The position numbers and the translations under genes are program-made. From Geosiphon pyriformis uo1 (lineage: Eukaryota > Fungi > Glomeromycota): a stretch of DNA of 64,000 nt. The DNA lies in the NCBI GenBank assembly GCA_016748015.1, contig JAAOMT010000659.1, positions 437,222 through 501,221 of the forward strand, in the 5' to 3' direction. Position 1 is the stretch's first letter. The number at the start of each line of letters is the position of its first letter. The notes under the pieces were generated by a model, which did not search any database, had not been told where the DNA came from, and saw nothing but the letters and a program-made list of their open reading frames with translations. Shown here piece after piece: positions 58,201-64,000 of this stretch.

Positions 58201-61200
58201 ACCAAGTTCTACTATTGACTATGCATTCTAAAACATTTTGAATAACCAAAAAGACAAGAAAAATGGGACAACAAATCATGTCTTGCTTGTAAAAAAATTC
58301 TGTTAGACAAAGAAATATGGAATGATATTTTTGGTCATAGAAGAATATGCAATAAATTGTGTTAGTACATAATTTTAATTAGTAATTAGATAAGAAAAAA
58401 ACACCAATAAACACTATCTGAAAAAGAGCTGTAAAATGTTTAGACAGTTGTCCATATGATGATAACAAAATTTGGTAAATAACAATTGTCAAAATCAAAG
58501 ACACATCTTCAAAAGAAATCAAAACAATTAAAAACAACTTACCAAAACCTGAAAAGATTATTTAGATTCTAAACCCCAATATTATTCTTAATTTTATAGA
58601 TCTAAAATAATTTTATGAACACTACTAGAAATTAGCACTCACTAGAAAAAAGCAAGAGCAATGTTTAGAACAGCTCAATACTCACCTATGTAACCATTGT
58701 TTAATTTCATGTAATTTTCAGTATTGTAATAATTGTGATATTATTTATAATCTACCATTACACATAATCTATTTAATCCTTAAAAAAGAAGAACTAATTA
58801 GTAAGTATACAACAAAATCAAAATTGAAATTCAATTATGATTTAGATATTAATAATAATAACAAAAATGGTTCCAATTCTATTCAATATGGCAATAACAA
58901 CAACAATTCAAACTCTGATTATAACTCTAAACAATATATTGTGCTCTCAGATCTGTTAATAGAGCAGAAACTAAAATGGTTTAGTGATAATGAAGAAGGT
59001 ATTATGCCAGAACATGTGCATGATACTGATGCAGAGTTTGATTTTAAATATCTGAAAAAAATGGCCATCAAATTAGAATCACATTCACACATCAACATTG
59101 ATCTGAAAATAGCATTGGAAATTCCAACAACAATGGTTTAATTAGCATTTAAATCTAGTTTAATAAAAAAAAAATCAACATTAGAGGAGGAATAATTGAC
59201 ACAGAATATATAGAAAATATTATTGCAATACTACAAAATAATTCAGAAAAATCATATATAATTGAACCAAATAAAAAAATAGCACAGGCAATATTTCTAT
59301 TTTTAGTAAAAATAGCTCAATTAGTAACAGTAAAAACAAGAAAAAAATTAAGAATCACAGCCAGAAAGAAAAATGGATTCAGATCAATGAGTAGAATAGA
59401 CATACTAGTTAATATGACAGAAAAAAAACCATTAATAAAAGAAAAATTATTTTTACCAATTAATTAATTTTCATTTTATTATATGTTAGTAATAAAGAAA
59501 AAAGTAAGGAATCAGCTCCAGATTTTTGAAGTAGAACCAATTATTTGTGAATCAGGAAAAATTGAAATTACCAATTTCTACCTACTAGCCAAAAACAACA
59601 AAACATCAAAATTCTCATCTATAATACAACTAAAGATACTATTAAAATACCAAATAGTACTACTATTGAATACTTAAGTGCTAAAGTTGAGAACCAATCA
59701 CCAAACATCATTTCAGATTTTCTACAACTGTGTAGATATGTGAATATTATATTACAAATCATATATAAATAAGAAAAATGTTATTTGCTCCAATTAGAAC
59801 AATTAAATTAAATAAACTTGGGAAACTTAAATCTACTTTAACATATACAGCTCAAAATGCTACTCAATAATTTTATCAACATCTTTGCCAGTAAAAACAA
59901 ATTTGACAAAACTAATATTATCTAGCATTAAATCAAAACTGGAGATACTATACTAATTAAACAACAAGCATATTAAGTACTATTAGCAAGTCATGAAATC
60001 ATTTAACAAGAAATTAACAGAATATTAGACAATAAATTAATTCAATCATTAATGAATTCATGGTTATTACCAATAGTATTTGTTTAGAAGAAGAATAGAA
60101 AAATTCACTTTTGTGTAAATTATAGAAAACTTAATAGTATAATTCATAGAGATAGCTATTCAACTCCACAGATTCAAAAATTATTTGATGCATTTGAAAG
60201 AAAAAAATGGTTTTCAATATTGGATCTAAACAGTAGTTACTAGCAAATAGCCATGAATTCAGTTGACAAAAAAAAACAGCATTCACAACCAAAAAAAAGA
60301 ATTTTAAATTCAATGTTATGCCATTCAGCTTAATAAATGTGCCAGCCACTTTTTAATGGCTTATAAAAATTGTTTATACTGAATTACTATAAAAATCAGT
60401 AGTAGTATACTTGGATAACACCAATGTATTTTTAAAAACATTTGATGATTATTTTTACTATTTCCAACAAGTGTTTAAAAAACTAAAAAAAGTAGAACTA
60501 AAGTTAAATGCTACAAAGTGTTTCTTTGGAAAAACTGAGCTCAAGTTTTTGGGACATATTTGTAAGTAAAAATAGCATTAAAACGGACTCAAATAAGATT
60601 GAGATTGTTAAGAACTTTTCAGTACCAACAAATTTCACAGAATTAAGAACATTCTTAAGATTTGTTAGATACTATTGTCATTTTATCCAAAACTTTTTCA
60701 AACTGGCTTAACTATCTTACCAGCTTCAAGCAAAGAATGTAAAATATGAATGGACTGAAACTTAACAAGAAGTTTTTGACATTTTGAGAAAAAAGCTTAT
60801 TCAAGCACCAGTACTGATCTATTTAGATCACAACAAATCATTTATTATCACTATTGATGCATCAGATCAAGCATTGGGAACTATACTATCACAAAAAGGA
60901 CCAGATAGAAAAGAATACTTAATAACATATGCCAGTTAAAGCTTAAGTCCAGCTGAAAAAAACTATGAAACTTTAGCATTAGAACATTTGGCTATTTATT
61001 GGGCTATTATTAAATAGAAGAAATACTTGAGTTAAAAGTTTGATGTGTATATTAATCACAAAAAATTGACATTAATTCAGAAGCAAAAATTTGAAAACAA
61101 CTACCAAATAAGATAAAAAATAAAACTTTTACCATTTAATTATACAATACATTATAAAAAGGAAAAAGAAAACGGAAATGCTAATGGTTTGTCACAAATA

Positions 61201-63346
61201 AGACAAAAATAAGAATATTTTAACCCAAAAATATTACAAAAATAAATATACAAAAATATTAACAACTTTAATATTATATTAATACTCATTAGTTCAAGAA
61301 AAAATTATCTTAAAAAGAACAAAACAACATAAAAAAGCCAGCAAAATATTTTATTATTTACCAAAATATATTATATTAGAAGAACAGAAAATATCCAAAT
61401 CAGTTACTTAAAGTTATTACAAAACCAAAAAAAAAACAATATTATTTAACATGCACTTAGATTTAACAGCAGAACATCTTTATAAAAAAGCAACCATAAA
61501 AAAAACCAGAAAAAGATATTATTGGCCATTCATATATTCAGATATCATACAATACATGCAAAATTGTGATGCTTGTTAAAAAAGAAGAAAAACAAAACCC
61601 AGTAAACCATTAAAACTAATTAAAGTGAGGCAACTATTTAATCAAATTGGAATTGACTTAGTCAAATTATTAACAATAATCAGCAAAAGCAATTAATACA
61701 TAGCAATAACTATGGACTATTTCACAAAATAGCCAGAAGCAAAAGCAATCCAAAAAGGTAATGCAGAATCCATAGCCAAATTTTTCTATCAAGCTTTGAT
61801 TTGTCAACACAGATATCCAAAAAAATTATTATCAAATCAAAGAACTTACTTTGTAAATAGAATATTAACAGAATTAAGTCAAAAATTTAGAATTAAAAGA
61901 TTATTATTATTATTATATTATCCACAAACAAATGGCTTAGTAGAAAAATTTAATAAAACATTGTATGAAGCAATAGTAAAAATCAACCAAGAAAACTAGA
62001 ATAAATGAAATGTGCTTATACTATTAGTACTACTTGCTTATTAGACAATAAAACAAGATACCACACAAACAACATCATTTGAACTTGTTTATAGTAGAAC
62101 AGCAATATTACCAGTTGAGATAAACATCAACATATATTCAATAGAACCAATAACAAAAGCCAGCTTCCAAAGAACATTGCTAAGAAAAACATATAAACTA
62201 ATAGAAATATTGGAAAATAAAAGATAAAAAGCAGCTAATAACATTCAAAAGTTACAAAAAAAACAAAAAAAACAACATAATAATCAATTACCAAACAAAC
62301 TAGTTGAATTCAAGATTGGAAACAAAGTATTTTTATATTATACCAAAGCAGAAAAACAATGGGGTAAAAAATTTGATCCCAAATAGGATGAACTATTTTA
62401 CATTGAAGAAATTCTAGAAAATGGAAATTATAAACTAAGATGAAACAACAAAATTTTAGCTAAAACAGCATATAGAGATCGACTAAAACCATATCACAAT
62501 ATAGCATTATCATTTACCAATAATATTTTACAATTGAAAGTACAAAAAATACTAGTCAAACCAAATAAGATTCCATAAAATTTAGAACCAATTATCATTA
62601 TCAAAGCAAATACATTGAAGTAATCTACCATAACAGTATATAAAAAACCAGCATATATAACAAAAACAACAAAAAAAGATAGAAATTACTAACAACATCC
62701 ACTTATTTGTACAACAAATATTACAACTGATTTAATAACAGAAATTAAGCCTAGAAATTACTATTAATAAAAACATAATTCAATACAAGAATAAAAAAAT
62801 AACATGAAAAAACTAAACTAACAAGTAATATTTTAAACACTACAATTCTGAAAACACTATAAATAAGATAATAAAAAGATAGAAAAGACATTGAAAGATC
62901 TAAGAATACTAATATCAGAAGAAAAATTGATTTAAAAAATTAAAATCAATAGATACAATAAAATCCAAAAAATTTTTGTTACTATTAGTTGAGACAACAA
63001 TTAAGTATTAAAAACTTATACACTAATAAAACAAAAAAGAAATTTGATTCAACTTAATTACAACAAATTAAACAACTTGTCAAAAAAAACAATTTATTTA
63101 CATACACAAAAACTATTTACTGACTACAGATGGGATTTTAAGACAGACCAAAAATATTACTACATCCAACAATGGATATTATAATTATTAATTAGTTAGA
63201 AAAATTAACCAATATCCAATTTAAAAAATTACAAACCAAAATTACAAAAGCTATTTTGGAGAAAGAAGTTATAGAGTTAATCTAAGAGAGAAATCTAAAA
63301 AGTTTAGAAAATTTTGATAAAACTTAATATTAAAAAGAAGGAATAA

Positions 63347-64000
63347 TGTTACTTATAAAAAGTAAGAGTATTATATAGTTGGAAAAATAGCCAATCAGAA
63401 ATAAGCATAGTAACAAAGGAATTTCAAGATTTCTTTGAAGGAATTGCAGAATTTCAAAATTTCAGAATTCCAGAATTTTTTGTAAAAAATTGCAGGATTT
63501 CAAAATCCCAGAATTTTAGAATTTCTTTAAAGGAATTGCAAAATTCCAGAAATCTTGTATAACACCAACTATATATATATAGCAGTAGTATTAAAAGCAA
63601 AAAAAACAGAATTTGGTTCAATTTCAGTTTAACATCCCCTTTTTTATCTATTAATTAATTCTTACTTTACAGATAATTAATATCTACCAAAGTAAATTCA
63701 TTAACAAAATATTAAATAAAACATACTTATTATTATTTAATTTATATTATTATTGTTTGTTTGAGCATTTAACTACTCTTTTATTTATCAACATTTTATG
63801 TTAATAACATCTAATATTTAATTATGCTAGAACAATAACTCTTAATTACAACTATTAACAGGATATTAATTTCTTCTTTTTTTTTATTTTTTTTTATTTT
63901 TTATTTTTATTTTTTTTTATTTTTTTTTATTTATTTATTTTGTTGTTTATTTACTAACTGATTAAAAAGAATTAATGTACAGACATTAAGATATAATACT
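63347..64000 (+). repeat. Element C 3' LTR (truncated by the window)
   Basis: Starts TGTTA after the purine tract; colinear with 54270 onward. Confidence 0.92.

Larger units (their letters stand above)
54270..64000 (+). mobile_element. Ty3/Gypsy element C with dUTPase, heavily decayed; 3' LTR runs off the window
   Basis: 5' LTR 54270-55203, PBS TGGTGCTTTCTGTGAGG at 55206-55222, protease LILDSGSAGSII (~57550), Cys-rich region (~58120-58760), dUTPase (~58970-59400), RT (~59900-60800), RNase H to 61212, integrase (~61242-62623), PPT 63332-63346. Confidence 0.92.

Overview
Eukaryotic, intron-rich, very AT-rich fungal DNA. The gene types and TE repertoire look like a Mucoromycota/Glomeromycotina-type genome, which is inference and not verified. 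A compact island of seven host genes (25.3-43.3 kb: M17 aminopeptidase, RPS2, a GPI-anchored Ser/Asn/Thr-rich protein, XPF/RAD1, RPL24, ABD1, MGM1) sits between two retrotransposon blocks. Left block: a decayed LINE 5' end, then a second decayed LINE carrying two insertions. One is Ty3/Gypsy element A (3701-20982), which itself contains dUTPase-encoding Gypsy element B (5452-15112) inside its integrase. The other is a 1.48-kb inverted-LTR fold-back element (21479-22962). Right block: a near-complete RNase H-containing LINE (44828-51679) and a decayed LINE interrupted by dUTPase-Gypsy element C (54270 to window end). Most notable observations: (1) all three Gypsy elements stop pol after RNase H and encode integrase as a separate out-of-frame ORF, followed by an orphan ORF; (2) PBSs matching elongator tRNA-Met are accompanied by extra U5 boxes antisense to that tRNA's anticodon arm; (3) a U3-to-U3 palindromic LTR element with a TSD and a visible snap-back microhomology; (4) pervasive all-context C>T/G>A hypermutation of repeats (RIP-like); (5) an unrecognised Cys-rich module plus dUTPase between protease and RT; (6) a U-UUA-AAC plus hairpin -1 frameshift signal in element A and an AUGA stop-start junction in the LINE. 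All alignments were done by eye.
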